From contig JBODTK010000152.1 in the NCBI GenBank assembly GCA_050613775.1, positions 310,001 through 374,000 of the forward strand: a DNA stretch of 64,000 bases. The letters run 5' to 3'. The stretch's first letter is position 1. Every line of letters starts with the position of its first letter. A program made the position numbers and the translations under genes. Below the pieces are notes generated by a model, which worked only from the letters and a program-made list of their open reading frames with translations, did not search any database and was not told where the DNA came from. Source of the DNA: Neocallimastix sp. 'constans'. Its lineage: Eukaryota. This document shows positions 10,690-25,724 of this stretch, one piece after another.

Positions 10690-12953
10690 ATGAAATATTT
10701 TTCATTGGTATTTAGACAAATTGTCTTAATTTTTACATTATTAATAACAATTACTACATCAAGAAAAGTAAAATTTTCAGTTGTTAGTATTGGTAGTAAA
10801 AATGTTAAAGTAAGAATCAATGATAAAAATTATGCATTAACTAAAATCAATAATTACACTCCTGTTTATCAAGCAACTCTTACTGTCAGTGATGCTGCTT
10901 TATCGTAAATAATATATATAATTATTTATAAACGCATAACGAAAAATAAAATAATATTAGTTTAAATAAGAAATAAATTTTAATTCTAAGAATGGCAATA
11001 ATGATGAAGTTGATAATATATAAAATAATATATAAATTTATATAAATTTTGAAATTAACATGAATTATATATAAATATGTTTTTTTGATATATATTAATA
11101 AAAATTTAAAAATTATTTTTAATAGCTATAAATACGTTGCAGATAACGTTAAAGAATCATTCTCTCGTACTTTATCTAAAGGTGTTACTACTACCCATAA
11201 TGAATTCTTCGGTAGAAAATATACTATTAAGGTTTTACCACAATTACCAACCCTTGGAACCTGGACAAAATCTATTGGTAAAGGTGAATTATTTGATGAT
11301 TCATATATTCCAACAGTTCATATTTCTGCCAAAAATGAAGTCATTTTTACTTCAAGTAAACCAACCGTTACTACTTTTGATAGTATTGTCTTTGTTTTAA
11401 AAGATAGTATTCATACATTTAATGTGAGTAATCTTGTATATATATAAATATATATGTATATATATTAATGTTTTATGTTAACTTACATAACAATAAAGGG
11501 AGTTCAAGCTGTCGGTAAAAATTATTCATGGGTTAAAAATCAATTTAAAGTTTTATTAAACAATAATGGTATCCAAGGCCGTTATGTTTTAAAATTCCGT
11601 GACAATAATGAAGATCCAACATTTATGCGTCAAGGTCTTTATGGTGAAATTTTAAACGCTCTTGGATATCCAACCATTCAATCAATAAACGCTAGAGTAT
11701 ATATTAATAATAAGCCAGTGGGTTATTATGTTATTCAAGAAGAAGCAGCTAGTACTTCATTTGTTCGTTCTGCTTTCCATGGAGATAACAAAGGTAACTT
11801 ATTAATTAAGAAAACTAAAAAGTTAGGTTATGTTCTTGATGCTGGTACAGGTGCCGATTTCTATTACAAAGGTAATACCTTTGGATCATTCAAAGTAGCT
11901 GATACTGGTAACGGTGATAAATCAAGATTTATAAAACTTACAAAGGCTTTTGAGAAATTAAATGCTAAAAATAATAATGAAGTTACAAAATTTGAAAAAA
12001 ATTGGTTTGATATTGATACTTTCCTAAAGGCTATTGCTATGCAATATCTTACTTCTAGTTATGATTCATATTGGTTCTTTTCTTCAAACTTTGCTGTTTA
12101 TGATAATCCAACTGAATCAAAGAATGGTAATTATAAATTTTATTTCATTTGCCAAGATTGGGATGCTACTTTTGGTTTAAACACCAGTCCAAGCTATTTC
12201 TTGAATCATGATGATTATGTTAAGCGTTCATACAAAGATTATGTTAATAAGAAATGGATATATAGTGGTGATGCTTACGAATCAAAACAACGTTATGCTA
12301 TTGATAAGTTATTATCTAATCCAGGTGTTAAAACTCGTTTTGAAAAACTTCTTAAAAAAATTGTTACAAAGATTTTCAACCCAGTTGTTATTGGTAAACA
12401 TTTAGATGCATTAGTTGAACGTCATCGTGAAGAAGTTCTTTGGAATTATGATGTCATTAAAAATAAGCCAATTTCTAAACGTAAGCAAAGTATTTATTGG
12501 ACAATTGAAGATTTTGAAGATAATATTAGTGAAGGTGTTGGCCATGGTGCAACCTATGGTATTAAACAATATGTTTATTTACGTGCCAAGGCTATTAAAA
12601 AAGAATTTGGAATTAATGTTGATTTAGGTAATGTTAAATATGATGATATTAATACATCTGGTGAATGTGGTCCTAATAAGGGTAAATGCCCAAGAGGTCA
12701 ATGCTGCTCTCAATATGGCTATTGTGGTTCAACACCTGATCATTGTGGTGCTCATTGTCAACCTGCTTTTGGTATTTGTAGTATTAATAAAAGTAAAACT
12801 ACTATTACCAAAACTTCTACTAAAGCTAAAACTAAGGCTAAAACTACTACTACTAAAGCTAAAGCAAAGGCTAAAGCAAAAACCACTACTACTAAAGCTA
12901 AAGCAAAAATTATTAAAAAGGCAAGTAAATCTGCTAATAAGAAGAAAAATTAG
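10690..12953 (+). CDS. Secreted CotH-family kinase with C-terminal CBM18 (hevein-like) chitin-binding domain; exons 10690-10904, 11126-11423, 11499-12953
   Basis: Signal-peptide-like N-terminus, and GT-AG introns that keep frame. CotH motifs LKFRDNNEDPTFMRQ, RVYINNKPVGYYVIQE, DIDTFLKAIAMQYL...DSYW, QDWDATFG. Eight-Cys module CGPNKGKCPRGQCCSQYGYCGSTPDHCGAHCQPAFGIC, then a K/T/A-rich tail. Confidence 0.92.
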
Positions 12954-13155
12954 ATAAGATGTAAGTCTAAAAAGAATAAGCAATGAATAATGTGGAAATG
13001 TTCATTCAACAATTGTAACATTATTAGAGAAAAAAAGGATCGAAATAAAAAAAAAAATAACGAATTAAAATATTTTATATATTCATATAGAACTTTTCTA
13101 GAATATTAAATATAAACATAAAAATTTGATTTTAATATAGAAATATATTAATTTT

Positions 13156-13187
<32 letters not shown>

Positions 13188-15253
13188 TTTTTACAATAGA
13201 AAATAAAAAATTACTATATTATATAAAAATATATATAGTAAATTAATTATAGAAATACTATTAAATAAATGTAATGATAGTTATAATATTAATAAGTAAT
13301 AGAAAAAAATAAAAATAAAATATAATAAAAATTTCATACATAATTATACATAATTATAATTAATATATTATTGTGTATTGGTCATTATATGTATTTTTAA
13401 GAATTTCAATAGTTGATTTTTTTTTTTTTTTTTAAATTTGTTTAGAATTTATCATTAAATTTGGTATCTTATATAATTATATAAAATAATAATAAAAATA
13501 GTAAACAATAATAGCTATTATTATTTACTATATAATAACAATAGGAATATAGTAAATGTAACTGTTCATTAATAAATTTAATAATTAATATTGTTAAGTA
13601 TTGAGGTTTAATATATTTTCAAAATTTTATTTAAAATATATATTTATTCATTCACATTTGCATAATACAAAAAAAAAAAAAAAAAAAAAAAAAAAGTATA
13701 TATATGTATAAATACATTTTAAAAACAAAAATACAATTATTTGATATATTCAAAATATTATATCATATTTTTGAAATAAATATTATATTTGGTATAATCC
13801 GTAATGACTGTTTGGTATAATTTTAAATATTATTTAATATACATATAATAAATATGAAAAATATACTTTTTTGTGATAAATATGCATGCTATTAATAATA
13901 TTATTTGGTTATTATATATAAATTATATTATTTTCTATTTATCAAATAATAGTTAAAATTTAATATTTTATTAAACTTTTTAAACATTAAAAAATATTTC
14001 ATAATATAAAATATTAAATACTATCTAGAAATATTTTAATTTTATTTTTAATTTACGATAACTATATAATATTATTAATAATTTATAATAAGATTAATAA
14101 TAAAATGAAAAAAAAATATTTTACTCCTCTTTAATATAAATATAGAAAAAAAAGTGAATAATTTTTTATATAAATCACTTAATAAATGGTCATGTCGTTT
14201 ATTTTATATAAAATATTTTCTCAATATTAATTGTTAATTATTATGAAATTATATAAATTTTTTATTATTAATTTTTTAAGATATACTTTAATAATGTATT
14301 ATCTTTTTTTTTTTTTTTTTTATTGATATATGTTTAAAAGATATCTTTTTTTTTTTTTTTTATTGAAAGATATTATAATAATTAAAAAAAATATAAAACC
14401 TAATATTAAAATTATTCATATTATTTATATTATTATAATTTTTATTTATTATATCATATTAAACATATTTATTTATTAATAGCGTTTAATTAACAAATTA
14501 TTTAATTTATAATAAAATTATTAAAACATATGAAGATATTTATTATATATTTATTTACTTTTTAAATATTAATATATTAAATACACTAAAATATATTAAT
14601 GTAATATAAATTTGTTCATTAATTTTTATATTTAAAAAGACATAATTTTATTTTGAGAATTTATAAAAATTTTTTAATTATTTATTTATTTTATAGAATA
14701 TATATTTTCTCTTTGGCTAATATATAAATTTAATATATAATATATAAATATAAATATAAATATATTTATAGTTATAAATATAAATTTAAATATAATTTAT
14801 AGTTGTAAATATAAATTTAAACATTAACATAAAAAATATAATAAAAATAAAAATAAAAATTAAAAATTTAAATAAAATAAAAAAATAAAAATAAAAATAA
14901 AAAAAATTTTTTTTATACACGAAATAAATAAAAAATAATTAATGAATTTAGTAATAAAAATAAATCAGCTAAATTGAATTGAATTTAAGAAGGAATAAAA
15001 CATTAAAAAAAAAAAAAAGAAAATTAAATTTAAATTTAAAGGAGATAAATAAATGCGTTTTAAAATTAAATAATTATATTACTAAATATAATGTCAATTT
15101 TTTAATTATTGATCAAATTAAAAATAATTTTATTAGTTTTTATTTATTTATTTATTAATAAATAAATAATATTTTTTTGTAAATAAATAAATTTATATAT
15201 ATATATATATTTTTTAAAAAATCAAATTTAAAAAATAGATAAAACTTAATATA

Positions 15254-16845
15254 ATGTCATATAAATCAGGAACTAAATTTAGGTCTCGGAAGATTGACAG
15301 TAAAAGACCACTTGCGGTTTATCGTTCTTCTGAACTTCAAGACCTCAGTGAACTCACAAACTTAAGTAGAGCAGCACCAATGGTTGCAACTGGTGTTGAA
15401 AAGGAGGAAGAAGAGGTTTGGCTTGTTTAATAATTATAATAATAATGAATAATAAAAATTATAATAAATAGTTATAAATATTAAGAATAATAAGGAATAT
15501 TTTTGAATATAAGGGAATTTTTGTAAAAATTTCAATTTATTAATATATACAGTAATTATATAGTTCAATATAAAATATATATTTCAATCATATATTAACA
15601 TTAATACATGATTAAGGTTAGAAGTCAAAAATTTTTTTTTCAACAAAAAATTATTGGATTAAAATAAATAATGTAAACAATATTTTTTGTAATAATTACA
15701 TTACATATATTTTATAACAAAATTTATTGTTATAACATAATAAAATAAAATTAATAATGCAATATTTTAAATATTATAAAATATCAAGCCACAAACAAAT
15801 AAATATTCAATGTTGAAGGATTAGGAAATGAATATTGTAGATAAATGTTTTATGCTTAATACAATCTTACAAAAGATTGAATTAGACATATAGTGAAATA
15901 GCTATAAGAGAGTAATATAGTAATTGTATTTTTCAAGGTTAATAAAATATATAATTAATTATTACATATATATATATATATATATTTATTAATTTTTCAA
16001 GTAATTGTGGGTAAATAGTTAAAATTTAATAAATTACACGTAAAATGTGAATTAAAAATTAATATTAATCAATTTTTCAAAATAAATTATAGAAAGGACA
16101 TAAAAATGTAAACATTAAATACAAATAATAATTAACCAACTTTATTAAATTTATTGAAATATTTTTTCTAAAGAAAAAATAACTTGCGTATTTTAAATAG
16201 AATTATAAATTTTAATTTGTATAATTATTATAATATTTAAGATATTATATTCAAAATTTATTTTTTTACAAAACGAAATATAAATATAAATTATATCAAT
16301 ATATATAAAAATTTAATATATTGAAATTTGATTTAATTCCTTTCTAGTGTTAATGTTAACATTTTTAAATAATATACATTATATATATATATTTTAATAT
16401 TATAAATACTAATTAATATATATATATATATTTAAAAATAACTTAATTACATTTAAAAATTGAACTTTTAAAAGGAATATCATTTACAAAATGCATTACA
16501 TTCAACTCAATCTGGTGTGGCTCACCATACCACTTTTATACCAACGCCTGATGCATCACGAATAATAAATAATTATAATGATTTTTATAATAAACCTTTT
16601 CATCAACCAAAGTCATTAATACGACATTCAATTCCTATGGAGGAAGCTATAGGATGTTTGTATAATATGGATGAACAGGATGAAATCTTTTTTGCTGAAT
16701 ATACCAAAGAATTGAATGAAGGAAAAATAAAAGAAGAAGCAAAAATTAATGAAGATCAATTTGAAGAAGTTATGTATGCACTAGAAAATTTAACAAATCA
16801 AAAGGTAATAATAAATAATATTTAATTATTATAAATTAATAATTT

Positions 16846-16892
<47 letters not shown>

Positions 16893-19800
16893 TATAAAAT
16901 TTATTATATTAATTCAAAAATTTATTTTAACTAATGAAATTGTAAATTTTATTTATAAAAAATTATTTCTTATTTTTATTTTTATTGTTGATTTTATTTT
17001 TATTATTAATTTTATTTAAATAATATGGAAATACAACAAATTATAAAAATTTTAATATGATAGTTTGGTGATGATTTATCAACATTAGAAGAATTACAAG
17101 AATATATGAATACTCAACTTCATCCACCACCATCTGCAAGCTATCATTATATATATGAATATTGGAAAAAAAGAAGACTTCAAAGGAATAAAAAACCAAT
17201 TCAACCTTATTTAAAGACAGAAGAATTAAAAATAGATTCTGATCCTTATGTGTGCTTTAGACGTCGTGAAATTAAAACCTTAAGAAAAACGAGAAGATGC
17301 GATGCTTTATCATTAGAAAAATTAAAACGCCTTCAAGTTGAAATGGAACAAGCACATGAATTAATGGAAATGGTATGTAAGAGAGAAAAATTACGCCGTG
17401 ATAGTCTTCTTCTTGAACATAAGATTTTTGAGCAACAAATGTTAATACGACAAATGAAAAAGAAATTGGGAGTTGTTTCATCTGAAAAAATACAAAGCGA
17501 CATGGAAAATAATACTGTTCTATCTTCAATATCAGAAAACTCAGCTTATAATAAGTCATCTAATGTAAATGCTAATTCTAGTGTATCTGCCAATATACCT
17601 GGCGCTCAAACTAATGTAGTTACTACTAATAACTTAACTTCTGGACATACGCGTGCAAGAAAGAAGATGCGTAAATCCAATCTGCATCATCATAATGGTG
17701 ATGAACCTAGTTCTAAACATCTTACTTTACCAAAAATTAAGATACGACAATCTAGTGCGCTACATAATGATTATAACGAGGGAGGCCGTATATCAGCAGA
17801 CAAAACTACACAAGTAGAAGTTAACTCAAGAAATGCTAAGAAAACAGAAGAAGAAAAAGCTGGATGGATCGATATTATGGATTTACCAGATCCAACCGAA
17901 GATTTACCATTTATACATCAAGGAAATACCTTCTATCAATCTGATTTACCTATGATTATTGATTATAAAACTTTCTCTTTACGTAGTAATCAAAGTTTAC
18001 CATTTGCTAGGAGACGTATTGGTAGAGGTGGAAGAATTATTTTCGATAGACGTGTTTCACTTCAAAAAATTAGAGAAATTAAGAAATTACATAGACAATC
18101 TATTGGACTCTTGGGACAGCCGGGTTCCTATGAGGGTAGATTTCGTAATCACAGTAAAACGAAACCTAAATTACCATGGCTTAAAAATGCATATCCACAA
18201 CGTCGTGAATCAGTGGATTATCAATGGTTTGATGAATGTAGTGATTTAGATGACTTTGAAAGTGAAGAAGAAATTCGTGAAAATATTAATAGTTTAGCAT
18301 ATAATGCTAGTATTTATAATGAAACTGATCAAATGATACTTCAAGTTAAACCAGCCTTCCCAGATCAATTTAATCCATTTACTGCTGTGAAACAACCCAT
18401 AATAAATCCTAATGCTAATATTTCTAATGCTAATAATACCTTATCCTCATTATCATCAACCCTTCAAAATACAACGGTTACTACAGCCCCTTCATCAGTG
18501 GCAACGTTAACCACGTCAACTTCTTCAATATCTAATTTACCAAACAAAAATAATCTTAGTCCTTCATCCTCTCTTTCTAATACCAATGCAAGTACGGTTG
18601 TACAACAACCATCTTCTACACAAAATACACTTTCTAACAAAAACATATCTGTTCCTTCTGTTCCTTCAGTTACGAAACCTTTAAGTAAAGTTACATCAAC
18701 AACTACAATACCACCTCGTTCTTCAACTCCTCCATTAAAAGGAACTACTGTTAGTAGTACTACTTCACCAGCAGCTGTAACAATGGTCAATACTCCTTCA
18801 ACGACTGCAAATGCTACATTAACCTTATTTACAAATTCAAATATTTCTCCTATTTCAAAGATCAATGGTATTACATCAACTCCTCCAAATCCAGCTTTGA
18901 CGCTACCAACTTCTGGTATTGAGATATCTTCATCCATTTTACAATCAGGTTCATCAAATAGATCACATATGTCAACACCAGTAATGAAAGCAGGAAGTCC
19001 GTTAAATACTGCTAACATGAATGTTAATGGCATTAGTGTAAATGCTCTTAAATCTTCAACTCTTTCTAATAGTAGATTTACACCAAATATGAATACCCAA
19101 GCTTCACCAGCCAGTGTATCTATAAAAACTGTGTCTAACGGTTTAGCTGCTAATACCCTTCAATCAAATACCCTTAATAATACTGCTATAGATTCAACGA
19201 TTAATAATATAAATAAAGTAGCAATCGCTAATGCTGCCACAAACAATAAGAATCTTACTAATGTTATGTCTAATTCTAAGACGATGGCAAGTCCAAAGGT
19301 TGTTCCAACAATAAATAATATGAATCAAGCTGCTCTTAATAATTCATTAAAGAATAATATTAAATCAATGAATGTATCCGCTATAAATAATGTCAATTCA
19401 ATGAATGTTCTGAACAAGATGAAGATTGCTCAAGGATATGCGACTTCACCAGTTAATGAAGCTAATATTACTGTGGAAAGTGTTAAAAACTCAACTTATT
19501 TATCACAATCTCAAGTACAATCTCAAATTAAGAACCCAAGAATATCAAGTCCATATGACGCTGCAGCAAAAACTGCTGGTATCAATCCATATATAACTAA
19601 TATAAATACAAACGCTTTAGCGAATGCTAAATTAAATAATTATTATAATAACTCTACAGCCGCAGCAGTAGCAGCTGCTAAAGTAGGGTCTACTTTTACG
19701 TTTCCTTCTACTACTGTAACAAATACAAGTACAGCTCCAACAGCAATTGGTATGTCTTCAAAGACAACTACTGCTGCAACATTAGTACAAACACCTACCT

Positions 19801-21287
19801 TAGCTGCGTCATTACAATCAACTGCAATATCTACTACTATTACGACAACCCCATCAATGAAGCCAAATACTATTAACCCATTAACTGGTGTTAATGCTGC
19901 TGTAACATCAGAAATAAAATTAGGCACTTCTCCAATATCAACTCCTAATTCGGTTAAGAGTACAGCTCGCAAAACAATAAGAAAAGATACCCCAACAATG
20001 AATGCTACTACTACTCTTAAATCGGCTCAAACAACTCCTAAATCAAAACCAGCAATCGATGATCCAAAAGTATTTGCTCTTCGTCAATTAATGCACAATC
20101 AAGCTCAAAAGAATGCTCAACTTCAACAACTTACTCAACAAAGTGTTCTAGCTTCAGAAGCAGCAACATCTCATTTACATACTATAAATGTTGCTGGTGC
20201 TTCAGGTAATGTTACAGCAGCAGCTGTTAATCCAAGCGCTGTTGGCGTTTTAGGTAATGCAAATACAGCAGCAACAACTCTTAATGGAATTAATACTGCA
20301 GCTCATGTTAATCATACTAATTCAATTAATATTTCTAACTTACCAACCAATGCAACAGAATTAAATGCTGCTTCAGCAATAGCTGCACAGTCTTCACCAA
20401 TGATATCCACAGCTAATGCTCATCTTCCACAAAATATTCAAAATGTTTTATTGAATTCTCAACAATCTAATATTATTCATGAAGGTAATATGAATGTTTT
20501 TGCTAATGCAGGTCTCTCTCCACAAAAGAACCTTTCGAATATTGCATTGGTTAATAATTTAGCAACTCAACGTCAACAGCAACAAAATAAGATATTAATG
20601 ACAGCTGCCAATCAAGGTGTGGTAGGTTTGAATCAGGCTAGTCTCTTACAAAATCAAGCTATTCAAAATCCTCTTACGCAGCAACAACAACAACGTCTTA
20701 TGCAATTACGTATTCAACAGCAACTTAGAAATGTTGTACCAAATACTATGAATACTCTTACACAACAACAAGCTCTTCTTTATCGTCAACAACAGCAACA
20801 ACAATTACTAAATGCACTTCAACGTCAAAATATAAATAAAATGAATGCTATGCCAATGATGATGGGAAATCCTAATGCCTTACCGAAAGGTGTAGGTGTA
20901 ACAACCAATACTTCTCCTCCTCGTCAATTTGTTCAACCTGCTTTCATTCCTCAATACTCACAAGCGTCTCAACAAAGAAATTTAATGCTTATGCAACAAC
21001 AACTTAAAATGATTAATAATAAACAATTTGCTGAACAAATTAATAATGGCTTAGGTAATAATGCTGCATTAATGATGACCAATGGGCTTTTTAATGGATT
21101 AGGTGGTATTCCAGCATCTACGGCAAATCAAATACTAATTAACCAACAGAGAGCTACATTAATAAACTCAAAAGAAGAGTTAGCTAAAGCTTCAGTATTG
21201 AATGGTATTATTGATGATAAAACAGGTGCAAATGTTTTATTGAATGAAGCAGCAGCAAGTCAAGCAGCTATTAGTAAAAAGATCTAA
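15254..21287 (+). CDS. EPL1: Enhancer of polycomb-like protein (NuA4 subunit); exons 15254-15415, 16475-16804, 17064-21287; ~1571 aa
   Basis: EPcA motifs FRSRKIDSKRPL, TGVEKEEEE/EYHLQ, IPTPDA, YNMDEQDE, IYEYWKKRR, DPYVCFRRRE. EPcB motif RRRIGRGGRIIFDR. Phase-0 GT-AG introns. Long S/T/N/Q-rich tail. Confidence 0.93.
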
Positions 21288-21528
21288 TGATGTAATAAGT
21301 ATTATCATTTCTATTTTTTTCTTTTTTATAATAACTATTATTTTAAATTAGATGAAACGTTTTTCTCTCTTCTTTTTTTTTTTTTTTTTTTTTTTTTATA
21401 GTTTTTTAATTACTAGTATTATTATTATTATTTTTATAAAATATAAGCAATTCAATTTAAATTTTCAAATAAAGGATTCAAGATTTTTATCAAAAATATT
21501 TATTTAACATTAGAACAAGAAAATTAAT

Positions 21529-21563
<35 letters not shown>

Positions 21564-22207
21564 GTACAATATTAATTTATCAGCACTAATTTTTGATTCT
21601 ATTAAACAATTTAAAATTATATTAATAAAAACAAAAATTTATCCTTAAGAATTATCATACACTTTTTTTCTATATTTTATTTATTCTTCTTCAATAATAT
21701 ATATATATATATATATTTAAATATTATATACTAAATCATCATTATTATTCTTAATAATTTATCTTAAAATATGATAATGATGATAATGACAATAAAAAAA
21801 AATATATATTTTATTTATATTTCATATATATTTTAATTATTATTTAGAATTATTAGGAAAAATTATTAATTTATTTTTTTAATAATAATACTTTCTTTAT
21901 ATATTTATTATATATATGATTATATATATATATATAAACGAAAGTAAGAAAAAATACCCAATTTTTATAACTATAATAATAAAATGATTTAATTATTTTT
22001 TATTCTTTTGGAATTAATATTACATGAACTTTTTTTTTAAAAGTTAAAATTTTAAAAACAATTAGTAACAATAACAATATTTAAAAGGTTAATAAATAAT
22101 TGTAAATATATTTAAATAACATTGAAAATTAATATTAACATTAGTATTAAAAATTTTATTAATATTAATTAATATTAATATTAAATTAGTAATAATATAT
22201 ATATTTA

Positions 22208-22248
<41 letters not shown>

Positions 22249-22679
22249 AAGAAAATTATTATATGAGGAAATCTTTTAATTATACTTACCTAATATAAAA
22301 TAGAAAATGAAATAAAAAAAAAAAAAAAAAGAAAAAAAAAAAAAAAGAAAGAAAATAAAATTTTTATGAAAATTTTAAAAAATAAAAATAGATTATATAA
22401 AATAAAATAATTAAAATAATAAGTTATGGCTTAAAAGAAATCATTTAAAAAGGATATATAAGAAATTAAAAAAAAAGAAAAAAAAGAAAAAAAAAATATG
22501 AATTAAAACTCTCCTATATATTTTTTATATAGTTGATTGAGGTTTAATAAAGTATTTTTTAATTATTTTTTTTTTTTTTTTTTATTTTTTGTTAATATAT
22601 TCTTTATTGTTTTCTTTTTCCTTTTTTAATTATTTTATTCAATATAAATTTATTTTTAATTTTTTAATTTTTATTTTCA

Positions 22680-22733
<54 letters not shown>

Positions 22734-22754
22734 AAAGTTTTCTTTTTTATATTA

Positions 22755-22960
22755 TTTTAGAAAAATGAGTTTAAAAAAAAAGAGTGGATTTTTTTTAAAC
22801 TTAAGATGATTTATTATTGAACAGAGATCTGATATTAATTTTCTTTTTTTTTTTTTTTTTTTTTTTATTTTTTTTTATTTTTTAGAAAAATAAGTTTAAA
22901 AAAAAGAGTGGATTTTAAAAATTAAGAATGATTTATTATTGAACAAAGATCTAATATTAT
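22755..22960. repeat. Imperfect direct repeat, two ~85-bp copies separated by a T-run
   Basis: ttttagaaaaat.agtttaaaaaaaa.agagtggatttt...atgatttattattgaaca.agatct.atatta at ~22755 and ~22880. Confidence 0.8.
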
Positions 22961-24289
22961 TTTTATTATATTTTATTTTTAAATGTTATTATTATTGTTT
23001 GTTTGTTTGTTTAAAAAATATTCAGGGATATATATATTATTATAATTTGAATATATAAATACAAAAATCAGTCATTTTATTTATATAATTTATAATATCA
23101 TTCTTTAATTAAAGAAAATTTAAAAATAACAGTATATGTAATAAAGCATATTTTTGAGGTAGGTATTAATTAAAGGGAGGCTATAAATTAACAATTTTTA
23201 TATAGAATTATTATTATTATTTATTTGTACTAGGAAAAAATAAATTATTTTGTGTTATTTGATATTTATTAAATGTTTGTAATGAATGAAAATTTTACAA
23301 GTTAAATGCCAATAAATTAGATATATAAAATGAAGTATGTTAAAAATGTTTATAAAAAACATTTATAAATTGAAATAAAGAGGTTATTATCTAGATATAC
23401 AATCGATGTTTATTAAACTATCCCTTAATGTTTCCGTTTTTGTTGATGTATTTTGTATGAAAAAGGGTCATAACTATTTACTTTTACTTTAAGACTAAAA
23501 AATGGATTTACAATTATTTGCTGTATTATGTTATTTTTAAAACAAATTAATTAAAATTTGAATAATAATTTTCTATATAATAAATATATTAACCAAAATA
23601 TATATGTAGTGATGGAAATGGCAATCTTGGGTATAAATGTTTGTTTTACTAATTTATTTAACTTAAATATTTTAAGGAAAAGTAATAAACACAAATGAAG
23701 GCTATATTATGACTTTAGTAATTATGTTTAATTAAAACATCAATTAATTCAATTCTTATAATTTATATATATTTAAATGAAAACAATACAATTTAATTGT
23801 TTTATTTATTAATTATAAAAAGTATTAAAATATATATTATAAATTATTTTTATTTTTATTTTTTATTTAAGTATTTAAATAAAAAAAAATATATAAAAAT
23901 AATTTAAATAAAATAAAATTATAAAAAATTTTTATAGAAATATGTTAATACAATGAAAATTTTAAAGTAATTTTGGTATTTTTATATGAATTAAAATTAT
24001 TTCTATTTAAAAAAATTGAGTAAAATGAAATAAAGAATTAATATCTGTAAAATAGATAGTATGATAGTAACAAAAATTTCTATATAACCAAGGGAAATAG
24101 TTTTAGGAGATTAAATTCAATATATTCTTTGTGCAAAGAATAATTATTCTATTTATATTTGATGTTTTTTTTTTTTTTTTTTTTAAATTAGGAATAAACT
24201 TAAATATAATAATATTTATTAAAAAATACATGAAATTTTTTTACATTTACAATAAAAAAAGTTATGTTATGAGTTTCGAAGATAAAATG

Positions 24290-25570
24290 GTCTCTTACTG
24301 TTCCTATTCATCGATAATAACTCCATGTGGATAAAAATTATCATCGGAATCTGTATCAGAATTTCTTCTTTGCCTTATCGTTTCTACTAATGGTATACAA
24401 ATGGCTCATAGTGTAAAAATTACTAATCATAATAAGGCATAACATTAGTAAAGAATTTGTCAATCCCCACAAAATATGAAATTAAGAAAGAAGATATTCT
24501 TAAAGGTAATTGAAAGATAATATTAATAAATTGTCTTCTTTCCTCCCTAACCGATTTTTAAGATTTTATATACTGCGTTTCCGCCAATAAGGAGGCACAG
24601 TACCACAGTACCTAAAAATATTATCATAAAAACCTTCTTCTTTGTTATTAGGAATGATCAATGATTTCTTTGAATTAATTATTCTCTGAATTACAAGCTT
24701 TTTTGAGGTCAAAAAAAGCAAGAAAGATATATTGATTATTAAATTTTCTTTTTTGTAAATTTCACAAATAGAGATAAATAAGCTAATACAAACTAACACA
24801 TTCTTCTTTGTTTCTAAAACCAAACTATTCTGGTCTAATATTTCCATGAGAAAAAGCATAGTCCTAAATTATTTTAATGACAGTAATGAGTGAAATATCA
24901 CTTTAATTATTACAATCGGAAAAATCACCTTCATTAAAAATGGAAATAATAAAAGCAGAGTTCTATTAATTAGGGATGTCATCAACCCAAATTTTATTAA
25001 AAAATAAAAATAGAAAATTTTTCATAATCTTATTCAGTAATTTCTTAATTAGGGTCAATTTGAGAAGACATAGTACTCTCAGAGTTGAAAAATAATTTAA
25101 AAAATTCTATTGGTAAACCTTCAGGATCGATCAGGTGTTTTGATATTTTTCATTGAAAGAACAATATATAATAAATTTCTGACATTGAAAATTGGTTGAT
25201 TGATATCCCATGATTCCTGAGAAAAAGAATAATTGTTAAGTATCCCTTTATATTAATTCTAATTAAGAATGTGGACGGTTATATCAGAAGCAAGTTCTTC
25301 ATAGTGTTATACAAAGCAGTTAAGTTGATCTACTTGAGATATTTGAATATTACCTACTTTACTTTTAATGTACAGAGGTGATTGAGAAGGAGAGTAAGAA
25401 GGTTTAGAGATTTTCTAAAGTCCAGACTAACCATGTTGAGAGTTATTTTTTTAAGAAACAGTCCCTAATGAAATGAATTGAGTTTTTAAATCTAAATATC
25501 ATGATATTCCTATTAATACTAATTATATAATCAAAAAGAACCTTATATTCTATGGAGAGACCACAGAATG
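24290..25570 (-). mobile_element. Decayed, internally deleted LINE (non-LTR retrotransposon) ORF2 fragment
   Basis: Broken minus-strand translation gives QPISMSEI...DPEGLPIEFFK (the PGPDG motif), GDFSDCNN*..ISL, GFRNKEEC and LAFFDLKKA, i.e. N-terminal RT subdomains. The T-run at ~24165 may be the tail. Confidence 0.8.
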
Positions 25571-25724
25571 CATAAAGATTAGTTTTTTTTTTTTTTTTTT
25601 TTTAAACTAGGGATAAACTTTATTTAATAATATTTATTAAAAAAATACTTAAAAATAAAATACATGATGTTTTATTAATATTATTAATATTAAAAAATTA
25701 CGTTATGAGCTTAGAGGACGAAAT

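Noticed and set aside
15780..15794. 15-bp match (AATATCAAGCCACAA) to the reverse complement of the sequence at the LINE target site/rny junction
   Set aside because: An isolated short match with no extended similarity; it cannot be separated from chance or a common small repeat.
17272..19972. Antisense and alternative-frame ORFs within EPL1 (also those within CotH, vinculin and the repeat protein)
   Set aside because: By-products of codon bias and repeats in the real genes; no independent motifs.
23150..23760. Slightly GC-richer stretch with a faint transposase-like ICSDG motif
   Set aside because: Too degenerate to assign a family or frame by eye.
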